Below are positions 1 through 8,407 of a DNA stretch of 55,403 nucleotides, one piece after another. Source of the stretch: Nocardioidaceae bacterium. Its GTDB lineage: Bacteria; Actinomycetota; Actinomycetes; Propionibacteriales; Nocardioidaceae. A model generated the notes under the pieces. That model saw only the letters and a list, made by a program, of their open reading frames with translations. It was not told the origin of the DNA and did not search any database. The DNA is taken from positions 1 through 55,403 of the forward strand of contig JAICLD010000001.1 in assembly GCA_025927595.1 (NCBI GenBank). Direction: 5' to 3'. How positions within the stretch are numbered: position 1 is the first letter of the stretch; every line of letters begins with the position of its first letter. The translations under genes and the position numbers were made by a program.

Positions 1-425
1 CGGTCCTCGAACCCGGTCAGCCCGACGCGTCCGAGCCAGTCGCGAGCCCGCTCGTGGGCCTCGGCCCTGCCGACGCCGCGGTAGCGCAGGCCGATGGCCA
101 CGTTGTCGAGCACGTTCTTCCATGGCAGCACCGCGTCGGCCTGGAACATGTAGCCGACGCCGGAGGGGATCGCCGTGACAGCGGAGCCGTGCACCTCGAC
201 GGATCCGGCGCTGGCCGGCTCGAGGCCGGAGACGAGGGAGAGGGTCGTGGACTTGCCGCAGCCGGTGGGGCCGACGATCGAGACGAACTCGCCCGCCGCG
301 ACGTCGAGGTCCACGTCCCGGATCGCGGTGAACCGCGACCCGTCCTTGGTGGGGAACCGCTTGGTCGCCCCGCGCAGGCGGATCGCCGCGCCGCCCGGGT
401 CGATCCGTGGTGTGTTCTGGGTCAT
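1..425 (-). CDS. NitT/TauT-family ABC transporter ATP-binding subunit (3' end outside window)
   Basis: Own translation from ATG at 425: MTQNTPRIDPGGAAIRLRGATKRFP...GEFVSIVGPTGCGKSTTL (Walker A)...GYMFQADAVLPWKNVLDNV; not in the ORF track because it runs off the edge. Confidence 0.85.
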   Translation of the reverse strand, partial: MTQNTPRIDPGGAAIRLRGATKRFPTKDGSRFTAIRDVDLDVAAGEFVSIVGPTGCGKSTTLSLVSGLEPASAGSVEVHGSAVTAIPSGVGYMFQADAVLPWKNVLDNVAIGLRYRGVGRAEAHERARDWLGRVGLTGFED

Positions 426-545
426 GGGGAAGGACCGTAGGGTCGGCGTGACGCGGCGCACACCCTTGCGCAGGATGTCCGCGAAGCCCGCACAAACGGC
501 GTTCTGCGCGTTCCGCTCGCCGGCTCCCACAGCCGCGTCCGGGCC

Positions 546-551
546 TACAGT
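546..551 (+). promoter_or_regulatory. -10 element TACAGT, probable leaderless transcript for the sensor kinase
   Basis: TANNNT hexamer 6 nt upstream of GTG 558, no Shine-Dalgarno. Confidence 0.55.
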
Positions 552-557
552 GACCGG

Positions 558-2180
558 GTGCGAAGCAGTCCCCGAGCGCGTCGGCTCACGCTGACCGCGC
601 GAGCGGTCCTGGCCCTCGTCGCGCTGATGACCGTCGTCGTGCTGCTGTCCCTGGTCACCTCCGCGGCGGTGCTGCGCCGGGACCTGGAGCGGGAGTACGA
701 GCAGCGCGCGCTCGCGGTGGCGCACACCGTCGCGGCCCGACCTGGGCTGGCGCGCACCGTGGCGTCGACGTCGCCGACGGCCACCGGCCCGGTCCAGAGC
801 TCCGCGGAGCGGGTCCGCCGGGCGACCGGCGCCCTGTACGTCGTCGTGACGGACCGCCGCGGGATCCGCTACAGCCATCCCACCGCCGCCAACGTCGGTC
901 ACCGGGTCAGCACCAGCCCCGACCGCGCGCTGCACGGCCACGACGTGGTCACGGTCGAGCGCGGCACGCTCGGGTACTCAGCCCGGGGCAAGGTGCCGTT
1001 GCGCACTGCGGGCGGCAGCATCGTCGGCGAGGTCAGCGTCGGGATCGCGACAGCGCGGCTCGACGCGGCGACCCGCAAGCTGGTCGTCCTGCTGGGGCTG
1101 GTGGCCCTGGGGCCGCTCGCGGTCGGGCTCGTCGGCGCGCTCACCCTCGGCCGCCGCCTGCGTCGTACGACGCTGGGGCTCGAGCCCGAGGACATGGCCG
1201 ACCTGCTCCGGGAGCACGCCGCCGTGCTCGGCGGGGTCCGCGACGGCATCGTGGCCGTCGACCGGGACGGGCGGGTCAGCGTGACGAACCCGGCGGCCGC
1301 CCGGCTGCTGGGCCGGGACCTGACGCGAGGCCTGCCGGTCGACGAGGCGTCCGTGGGGCCGGAGGTCGTGGCGCTCCTCGCCCAGGAGCCGCCACCGTCC
1401 GGGGCGCTGTGCGTCATCGGCGACCGGGTGCTGGTGTGCACCCGGCTGGAGGTGCACCGGGACGGCCGGGACCTGGGGCAGGTGCTGATCCTGCGCGACC
1501 GCTCGGACCTGGACCAGCTGGCGCGGGAGCTGGAGGCCACGCGCGCCCTCACCGACGCGCTGCGGGCCCAGGCCCACGAGCACACGAACCGGCTGCACGC
1601 GCTGACCGGGCTGCTGCACAACGGAGCGGTCGACGAGGCCGCCGGCTACCTCACCGAGCTGAGCCAGGCGCCCACGTGGGTGCCGGGCATCGAGGACCCC
1701 TACCTCGCGGGCCTCCTGGCGGCCAAGGCGGCGTCCGCCTCCGAGGCGGGCGTCCGGCTCGTCGTCCCCGAGACCACCTGGGTCGACGGCAGGCTCGAGC
1801 ACCCGCTGGACACCGTCACGGTCGTGGGCAACCTGCTCGACAACGGGGTCCGGGCCGCCTCGGACGGCGAACGCGAGCCCGCCTGGGTCGAGGTGACGCT
1901 GCTCTCGGACGGGGACGACCTGGTGGTCCACGTCATCGACAGCGGCGACGGCGTGCCACCGGAGCTCGCGTCCTCGGTGTTCGACCACGGCTTCACGACG
2001 CGCGAGGACGACCAGGCGGGTCACGGGATCGGACTCGCCCTGGCCCGGCACACCGTCCGGGCACACGGGGGCGACCTGCGCCTGTTGGCCGCGTCGGGAG
2101 CGTCCCACGGCGCCGTCTTCGAGGCCCGGATGGTCGACGTCCTGGCCCGGGCCCGGCGCCGGACGGCGGCGGGGCCGTGA
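558..2180 (+). CDS. CitA/DcuS-family sensor histidine kinase
   Basis: Two TM segments around a sCache-like domain (YVVVTD..GIRYSHP), PAS-like region, LRAQAHEHTNRLH H-box, GNLLDN, DSGDG, GFTT, GHGIGL boxes. Confidence 0.9.
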   Translation: MRSSPRARRLTLTARAVLALVALMTVVVLLSLVTSAAVLRRDLEREYEQRALAVAHTVAARPGLARTVASTSPTATGPVQSSAERVRRATGALYVVVTDRRGIRYSHPTAANVGHRVSTSPDRALHGHDVVTVERGTLGYSARGKVPLRTAGGSIVGEVSVGIATARLDAATRKLVVLLGLVALGPLAVGLVGALTLGRRLRRTTLGLEPEDMADLLREHAAVLGGVRDGIVAVDRDGRVSVTNPAAARLLGRDLTRGLPVDEASVGPEVVALLAQEPPPSGALCVIGDRVLVCTRLEVHRDGRDLGQVLILRDRSDLDQLARELEATRALTDALRAQAHEHTNRLHALTGLLHNGAVDEAAGYLTELSQAPTWVPGIEDPYLAGLLAAKAASASEAGVRLVVPETTWVDGRLEHPLDTVTVVGNLLDNGVRAASDGEREPAWVEVTLLSDGDDLVVHVIDSGDGVPPELASSVFDHGFTTREDDQAGHGIGLALARHTVRAHGGDLRLLAASGASHGAVFEARMVDVLARARRRTAAGP

Positions 2181-2848
2181 TCCGGGTGCTGGTCGTCGAC
2201 GACGACTTCCGGGTCGCGCAGCTGCACGCGTCGTACGTCGCGCGGGTGGAGGGCTTCGAGGTCGTCGCGGTCGCGCACACCGCCGCGGACGCGATCCGGC
2301 TCGCGACGGAGCACGAGCCGGACCTGGTGCTGCTCGACGAGTACCTGCCCGACGAGCCGGGGTCCGACATCGCCGGACGGCTGCGCGCAGCGGTGATCGT
2401 GGTCAGCGCGGCCGAGGACCCCTCCACGGTGCGTCGGGCGCTGACGGCGGGGGCGCTGAACTACGTGCTCAAGCCGTTCCCGCCGCAGGTCCTCGTCGAC
2501 CGGTTGCAGGCGTTCGCCCGGTTCTGGCGCCTGCTGGACGACGAGGCACAGCTCGACCAGACCGCGGTGGACCGGGCGCTGCAGGCGCTGCGGGCCGCCG
2601 ACACCCCGGCGGCGGTCGTGCGCAAGGGCCGGTCGCCGGTCACCTCGGACGCGGTCACCGCGGTGCTCCGCTCCACCGACGGGTCGCTGACGGCCGCCGA
2701 GGTGGCGGAGTCGACCGGGATCTCGCGGGCCACGGCGCAGCGCTACCTCTCGGACCTGGCGCGCGACGGCCGGGTGCGGCTGACCCTGCGGTACGGGTCC
2801 ACCGGCCGCCCGGAGCACTGCTTCGAGTGGTTGGGCCGTCGGCGCTGA
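2177..2848 (+). CDS. CitB/DcuR-family response regulator
   Basis: GTGA overlap with kinase stop; IRVLVVDDDF receiver, DLVLLDEYLPD, C-terminal HTH GISRATAQRYL...YGSTGRP. Confidence 0.9.
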   Translation: MIRVLVVDDDFRVAQLHASYVARVEGFEVVAVAHTAADAIRLATEHEPDLVLLDEYLPDEPGSDIAGRLRAAVIVVSAAEDPSTVRRALTAGALNYVLKPFPPQVLVDRLQAFARFWRLLDDEAQLDQTAVDRALQALRAADTPAAVVRKGRSPVTSDAVTAVLRSTDGSLTAAEVAESTGISRATAQRYLSDLARDGRVRLTLRYGSTGRPEHCFEWLGRRR

Positions 2849-2877
2849 CGCCGTCCTCCCGCCCTACCATCGACGCC

Positions 2878-3843
2878 ATGGACCACGCCTGCTGCGCCCC
2901 CTCCCGGCCGCTGGTCACCGGGCGGGCACCGGTGGCGGGCCGGGGCGGCACCCGCTCGGGACGGTCCCGCTCCGGGCGGCCGCGCGGCCAGGTCCCCGTC
3001 CCTTCGGGCCGCTTCGCGATGGGGGACCCGTTCGGGGAGGGCTACCCGGCGGACGGGGAGACGCCCGTCCACGACGTGTCCCTCGACGCCTTCCGCATGG
3101 ACGCCACCGCTGTGACGAACGCCCAGTTCGCGACGTTCGTCAAGGAGACCGGTCACGTCACCGGCGCCGAGGAGTTCGGCGTCTCCGCCGTCTTCCACCT
3201 CGCGTTCGCCGCGAACCCGGGGGCGAACCGGCGCGACGTCGTGAACCAGGTCGCCGGGACCCCCTGGTGGCTCGCGGTCCGCGGCGCCGACTGGCGGCAC
3301 CCCGAGGGCGAGGGCTCCGACGTGGCGGCCCGGCAGAACCATCCCGTGGTCCACGTGTCGTGGGACGACGCGCAGGCCTACGCGAGCTGGGCGGGCAAGC
3401 GGCTGCCCACCGAGGCGGAGTGGGAGTACGCCGCCCGAGGCGGTCTGGCGGGCCGGCGGTTCGCCTGGGGCGACGAGCTCACCCCGCGAGGCCGCTGGAT
3501 GTGCAACATCTGGCAGGGCACGTTCCCCACCGACAACACCGTCGAGGACGGGCACCTCACCACCGCTCCCGTCAACGCGTACTCCCCCAACGGCTACGGC
3601 CTGTCCTGCACCGCCGGGAACGTGTGGGAGTGGTGCGCCGACTGGTTCGGCGCCGACTACTACCGACGCGCCCCCGGGCACGACCCGCAGGGCCCCGAGC
3701 ACGGCGAGCAGCGGGTGATGCGTGGCGGCTCCTACCTGTGCCACCACTCCTACTGCCACCGCTACCGCGTGGCCGCCCGGTCCAGCAACACGCCCGAGTC
3801 GACGGCCGGCAACATCGGGTTCCGCTGCGCGGGAGCGGCCTGA
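2878..3843 (+). CDS. Formylglycine-generating enzyme (SUMF1/FGE)
   Basis: HPVVHVSWDDA, RLPTEAEWEYAARGG, GNVWEW, RGGSYLCHHSYCHRYR with both catalytic Cys, NIGFRC; TACCAT -10 7 nt before ATG 2878. Confidence 0.9.
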   Translation: MDHACCAPSRPLVTGRAPVAGRGGTRSGRSRSGRPRGQVPVPSGRFAMGDPFGEGYPADGETPVHDVSLDAFRMDATAVTNAQFATFVKETGHVTGAEEFGVSAVFHLAFAANPGANRRDVVNQVAGTPWWLAVRGADWRHPEGEGSDVAARQNHPVVHVSWDDAQAYASWAGKRLPTEAEWEYAARGGLAGRRFAWGDELTPRGRWMCNIWQGTFPTDNTVEDGHLTTAPVNAYSPNGYGLSCTAGNVWEWCADWFGADYYRRAPGHDPQGPEHGEQRVMRGGSYLCHHSYCHRYRVAARSSNTPESTAGNIGFRCAGAA

Positions 3844-3864
3844 GCGCCACCCGGGCCGGCGGGG

Positions 3865-4230
3865 TCACCGCACCCGGCGCCGCGCCCGCAGCGCCCGGAG
3901 CAGGGCCCATCCCGCGGAGACGACCAGCACCGCCAGGGCGAGGTCGAGCACCAGCGCCGACACCTGCAGGCTCGTGGGGCTCTCCCAGGGCGAGGTGAAC
4001 GAGGAGACGTACGGCAGCGGCGGCGTGAGCCCCTGGTCCTGCACCACCCAGGCGAACGGCCTGCCGAACGCCACGTGCGAGAGGTCCGCCTGACGACGCA
4101 CGGGCACCCGGTCGAGCAGCGTCGTCACCAGCACGACACCTGCGGCGGTGGTCGCGGCGACAGCGGTCCGCCGCGTGCGTCGACGGCGCACGGCACCGGT
4201 GCGAGCCTCGACGGCAGAGGGGGCGGACAT
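3865..4230 (-). CDS. Small hypothetical membrane protein
   Basis: C-terminal part of ORF 3865..4740 (MSAPSAVE...); two hydrophobic segments flanked by Arg-rich stretches. Confidence 0.55.
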   Translation of the reverse strand: MSAPSAVEARTGAVRRRRTRRTAVAATTAAGVVLVTTLLDRVPVRRQADLSHVAFGRPFAWVVQDQGLTPPLPYVSSFTSPWESPTSLQVSALVLDLALAVLVVSAGWALLRALRARRRVR

Positions 4231-4280
4231 GGGCACCATGGTCCCCGAGCCGGCGGCGGCGGCGCAGGTTTTCCGCCCTC

Positions 4281-5084
4281 TCAGTCGTCCCGGAGCGGCG
4301 TCCCGCCCCCGAACGACGAGCGCACCCCCGCGTCGTCGAGGACCCGGTAGGGCAGCACCGCCGCGGCCACCCGGGCCCGCAGCCCCGCGACCGGCAGTCC
4401 GTCCCCGCCCGCCACCACGAGCAGGTTGCCGGCCCGTCGGGCGCGCAGCGTCGCAGGCTCGGCGGTGAGGATCACCCGCGGAAAGTGGGCTCGGAGCCCG
4501 GCCACCGCCCGGCGGGTGTGCGCGAACGGCGCCCGGTCGCTGAGGTTGAGCAGGTAGGCGCCGCCGTCGCGGAGCGCCCGGGCCACGACGGCGGAGCAGT
4601 CCTCGGTCAGCAGCTCGCGAGGCACCACACCGTCCCGGTAGGCGTCGAGGACGACGACGTCGGCGTACGACGCCCGCAGCTGCTCCAGGCCGGACCGCCC
4701 GTCGAGCGGCCGCACCTTGATCCGGTCGCCGCGGGCCCATGGCAGCCGCTCCCGCACGAGCGCCGTGACCGCCTCGTCCGGCTCGAGGACCACCTGCACC
4801 GAGCCGGGGCGGGTCGCGGCGACGTACCGAGGCAGCGTGAGGCCGGCGCCGCCGACGTGCACGACCCGCAGGGGTCCCGGAGGGGTCCCGTGGACGTCGA
4901 GGACGTCGCCCATCCGTCGCACGTAGTCGAACTCCAGCCTGGTCGGGTCGTGCAGGTCGACGTAGGACTGGTCGTCGCCGTCGATGCGCAGCAGGTAGGC
5001 ACCCGGACGCCCCCCGGCGAGCAGCTCGACGTCCCGCGCGGGACCCGGGCCTAGTCGTCGTTCCAGCTCGGGTCCTCGTCCCAC
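4281..5084 (-). CDS. Spermidine-synthase-like SAM-dependent transferase (start uncertain)
   Basis: QSYVDLHDPTRLEFDYVRRM, VVHVGGAGLTLPRY, DGR, VVVLDAY motifs; only nearby canonical start is GTG at 5084 inside the upstream gene. Confidence 0.75.
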   Translation of the reverse strand: MGRGPELERRLGPGPARDVELLAGGRPGAYLLRIDGDDQSYVDLHDPTRLEFDYVRRMGDVLDVHGTPPGPLRVVHVGGAGLTLPRYVAATRPGSVQVVLEPDEAVTALVRERLPWARGDRIKVRPLDGRSGLEQLRASYADVVVLDAYRDGVVPRELLTEDCSAVVARALRDGGAYLLNLSDRAPFAHTRRAVAGLRAHFPRVILTAEPATLRARRAGNLLVVAGGDGLPVAGLRARVAAAVLPYRVLDDAGVRSSFGGGTPLRDD

Positions 5085-5233
5085 TCCCGGTTGCGCTCCT
5101 CGACCTTCTCCAGGGCTCGCGCCGCCTCCGCCTCCGTGGCGTAGGGGCCGAGCCGGTCCTGGTAGGCGCAGCCGTCCTGGCCCTCGACCCGGTGGTGGTT
5201 CAGGCAGAACCAGTACTGTCCGTCCTCGGTCAC
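5051..5233 (-). CDS. Small conserved-looking actinobacterial protein (60 aa, YWFCLNHHRVE...C...RLGPY)
   Basis: Strong RBS (GAAGGAG) before GTG 5233; Cys/His motif and acidic Trp-containing tail. Confidence 0.7.
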   Translation of the reverse strand: MTEDGQYWFCLNHHRVEGQDGCAYQDRLGPYATEAEAARALEKVEERNREWDEDPSWNDD

Positions 5234-5300
5234 GTCCCACTCCTTCTCTCCGAGCCCACTGCCAGTGTCCCCGTCCGTCCCATGCCGACGCCTTGACCGC

Positions 5301-5350
5301 ATTCGTCTGCGGTCCAGCGGGTCTCCGTCGCCGGGCGGTCGCAGACGAAT
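5301..5350. terminator. Inverted repeat, probable terminator after the flavoprotein gene
   Basis: ATTCGTCTGCG (5301-5311) / CGCAGACGAAT (5340-5350), 17 nt past the stop at 5368. Confidence 0.55.
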
Positions 5351-5367
5351 CGGGAGGAGGGGCGGGG

Positions 5368-6636
5368 TCAGGTCGTGAGGCCGAGGTCGGCGAGCACGGC
5401 CGTGGCGGCGCGACGGCCCGACACCAGGGCGCCCTGGATCGAGCTGGTGTCGCGGTGGTCGCCGGCGACGTACAGGCCCTCGCCGAGGCGGACCGGCCGC
5501 CGCATCGGGTGCGGGGCCGGCATCGCGGGCAGCGCCCGCGGCAGGTCGTAGGTGGCCAGGTGCTCCCACCGCGACGTGTCGGTCCCGTGCAGCCGCGCCA
5601 GCGTACGACGGACCTCGTCACCGTCCGGGTCGGGCAGCACCGCCCCGTGCACCATGGACGTCGAGACCAGGACCCGACCGGGCGGGGCGTACCCCGGCGC
5701 GGCCTTGGAGATGGCGATCGTCGAGGTCACCGGCGAGCTCGCCGAGTCCAGCAGCAGCAGCCCCGAGGCGCCCGGGTGGTCCTCGGCGGCGTGGTAGACC
5801 GTCGTCACGCCGTGCGGCGCGGGAGCCGGCTCCGCACCGCCGAGCGGCTCGAGCAGGTCGTGGGCCGTCCACGGGTCGGCCGCCACGACGACGGCAGGGG
5901 CGCGGACCGTCCCCACGTCGGCGACCACGCGTCCCGGCAGCACCCGCTGGACCCGTGCCCCGAGCCGGACGGTGCCCTCGGGCAGCCCGGAGGCGATCGC
6001 CTCGGGCAGCCGCTGCATGCCCTCGCCGGGGACCGTCGAGAGTCCCACCACGAACATCCGGACCATGAAGTCGGTGAACCGCCTCGAGCTCGACATCCCC
6101 TGCTCGAGCAGCACCCCGGCGAAGAACGGCCGCAGCAGTCCGTTGACGACGTCCGGCGGGATCCCGGCCACGCGCCAGGCCTCGGCGGCGGGGACGTCGG
6201 GGCGGCGGCGGATCGGGGCGGCGCTGGGTCCCAGGCACCCGGCGACGTACCTGGCGAGCGCGAGCTTACCGCGCGCCCCGCCGACCGGCAGCCGCAGCAG
6301 CGACGCCAGGGCGGTGGGACGGCGGACCGGGTTCAGCACCGCCGCCCGCTCCCCGTCGATGCGCACCGCCACTCCCGGGTCGAAGGCGCGCAGGCCCAGC
6401 GCGTCGAGGTCGACGACCCGGCGCAGCTCGGGGTAGCCGGTGTTGAGCACCTGGAAGCCCCGGTCGAGCCGGAAACCGTCCACGACGTCGGTGCGCACCC
6501 GGCCGCCGACCGCGTCCCCGGCCTCGAGCACCCGGACGTCGAGCCCGTGGCCCGCGAGGGTCCGGGCGCAGGCCAGCCCCGCGAGACCGGCGCCGACGAC
6601 CGCGACGTCGACGCTCTCCTCGTGCGGGCCGGTCAC
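5368..6636 (-). CDS. FAD-dependent oxidoreductase (flavin amine oxidase / protoporphyrinogen-oxidase-like)
   Basis: VAVVGAGLAGL, EAGDAVGGRVRTD..DGFRLDRGFQV, AGDHRDTSSIQGALVSG; GTGA overlap with upstream gene. Confidence 0.85.
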   Translation of the reverse strand: MTGPHEESVDVAVVGAGLAGLACARTLAGHGLDVRVLEAGDAVGGRVRTDVVDGFRLDRGFQVLNTGYPELRRVVDLDALGLRAFDPGVAVRIDGERAAVLNPVRRPTALASLLRLPVGGARGKLALARYVAGCLGPSAAPIRRRPDVPAAEAWRVAGIPPDVVNGLLRPFFAGVLLEQGMSSSRRFTDFMVRMFVVGLSTVPGEGMQRLPEAIASGLPEGTVRLGARVQRVLPGRVVADVGTVRAPAVVVAADPWTAHDLLEPLGGAEPAPAPHGVTTVYHAAEDHPGASGLLLLDSASSPVTSTIAISKAAPGYAPPGRVLVSTSMVHGAVLPDPDGDEVRRTLARLHGTDTSRWEHLATYDLPRALPAMPAPHPMRRPVRLGEGLYVAGDHRDTSSIQGALVSGRRAATAVLADLGLTT

Positions 6637-7397
6637 GGACGGGCTCCCGCCTGCTCCCGGTGCGCCTGGCGGAACAGCGGCGGGAGGTAGCGCACCATCA
6701 GCGTCGTCCACGTGAGGTGGGTGAGCAGCGACGCCTGCAGGCCGCCCGACGCCCGGCGCTCCATCCCGAAGAGCGTGCCCATGACCGTGGCGGCGAGGAC
6801 CAGCGACGGGTTGCGCGTGGCCACCGTCGTCACGGCGTAGACGGCAGTGGAGGCCGGCACCGCGCGGTGCGCCGGCAGCGCCGCGTAGAGCGCGCCACGG
6901 AAGAAGACCTCCTCGCCCAGCGCGTTGGCGTAGGCGGTCAGCAGGACCAGGGGGAGGTGGCCGCCCTCGGCGAACGCCAGCACCCGGCCGACCGCACGGT
7001 CCAGCGGCGGCACCGCCCGGACCACCAGGGCGCAGCCGTAGAAGAAGCCGAACGCGCCGACGCCGGTGACCAGCGGGGTCAGCGAGGGCCGTCGAAGCCG
7101 CCGGTCGCGACCCTCGATCCAGCCGAGGTGCAGGGGGCCCGAGGCCAGCCCCCCGGCCGTCCAGGTCGCGGCGGTCACCAGCGTCAGGGTGTAGAAGCGG
7201 GCCGAGCCCGGCCGGGCCGCCAGGGACGCGCCGAGCAGCCCCGCGCCGAGCACGCAGGTCCCGGCCACGACCCGGCGCCGCCGGGCCAGGACCTCCGGGG
7301 CCTCCTCGTGCCGGACCGGGACGACGTGGGTGATCGGCATCGGCAGCCGGGCGGTGACGGCGGCGCGCGCCCGGCGCCACGAGGACCCCGCCGTCAT
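6633..7397 (-). CDS. CPBP (Abi/CAAX) family intramembrane metalloprotease
   Basis: EEVFFRG motif, multiple TM helices, terminal HLTW motif. Confidence 0.85.
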   Translation of the reverse strand: MTAGSSWRRARAAVTARLPMPITHVVPVRHEEAPEVLARRRRVVAGTCVLGAGLLGASLAARPGSARFYTLTLVTAATWTAGGLASGPLHLGWIEGRDRRLRRPSLTPLVTGVGAFGFFYGCALVVRAVPPLDRAVGRVLAFAEGGHLPLVLLTAYANALGEEVFFRGALYAALPAHRAVPASTAVYAVTTVATRNPSLVLAATVMGTLFGMERRASGGLQASLLTHLTWTTLMVRYLPPLFRQAHREQAGARP

Positions 7398-8296
7398 CGT
7401 GACGCCCGTGCTTCCTCGTGCTCCCGCAGCGCCAGTCGTACGGCGTCGTCGTACCCCATCGGCTCGAACGGCACGAGCTCACGGATGCTGTCGTCGTGGA
7501 CCACGACCTCGGTGGTCATCGAGTCCACCAGGGAGCGACCGGCCTGCGCGTCGACATCGGTGACGAAGGTGAGCCAGCGCGCTGACAGGCGGGGCGTGAG
7601 CAGCGGGACCGGGACGATGACCAGCCGGCGGCCGCTGATCCTGGCCACCCGCTGCAGCATCGTCCGGTACTCCAGCACGTCCGGGCCGCCCACCTCGAAG
7701 ACCCGGCCGCGGGCCTCTGGCCGGTCCAGCACCCCGACGAGGTAGCGGACCACGTCGTCGAGGGCGATCGGCTGCGTGCGCGTGCGCACCCACCGGGGGG
7801 TCACCATCGCGGGCAGGTGCGCGACGAGCTGGCGGGTGATCTCCCAGGAGATGCCGCCGGTGCCGATCAGGATCGCCGCCCGCAGGACGGTGACCGGGAC
7901 GCCGGCCTCGCCGAGGAGTCCCTCGACCTCGCGACGGCTGCGCAGGTGCCTCGACAGCGGGTCGCTCTCGCTGCCGAGGCCGCCCAGGTAGACGATCTGC
8001 TCCAGCCCGGCGTCGGCGGCGGCCCGGCCGAAGCCGCCGGCCGCCTGGCGGTCGAGCCGCTCGAAGTCCTTGGAGTCCAGCGAGTGGACCAGGTAGTAGG
8101 CCGCCCGGCAGCCCTGCAGCGCCGCGGCCAGCGACGCCTGGTCCTGCACGTCGGCCCCCACCGGCGTCCCGGCGCCACGGTAGTCGTCGGGGTGCCGGGT
8201 CATCGCCCGCACCTCGTGGCCGGCGTCCTCGAGGGCGCGGCAGAGCCGCCGCCCGACGAAGCCGGAGGCGCCGGCGACCAGGACGGGACCGTTCAC
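7394..8296 (-). CDS. NAD(P)-binding atypical SDR / epimerase-family protein
   Basis: VLVAGASGFVG, AYYLVHS, IVYLGGL, HLRSR. Confidence 0.85.
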   Translation of the reverse strand: MNGPVLVAGASGFVGRRLCRALEDAGHEVRAMTRHPDDYRGAGTPVGADVQDQASLAAALQGCRAAYYLVHSLDSKDFERLDRQAAGGFGRAAADAGLEQIVYLGGLGSESDPLSRHLRSRREVEGLLGEAGVPVTVLRAAILIGTGGISWEITRQLVAHLPAMVTPRWVRTRTQPIALDDVVRYLVGVLDRPEARGRVFEVGGPDVLEYRTMLQRVARISGRRLVIVPVPLLTPRLSARWLTFVTDVDAQAGRSLVDSMTTEVVVHDDSIRELVPFEPMGYDDAVRLALREHEEARASR

Positions 8297-8407
8297 GGAG
8301 GCTCCTCGGGTGGCGTCGTCATGGGCGGGCCCGCCCCGAGCGACCGGGCACAGCGCGGGACCCGCGTGGCCCCCACACGCTCGAGGAGGTGCCCGGACGG
8401 CGGAGGA

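Noticed and set aside
468-509. Imperfect inverted repeat GCGCAGGA/TTCTGCGC as a CitB-type operator
   Set aside because: Short and GC-rich; not distinguishable from chance without comparative data
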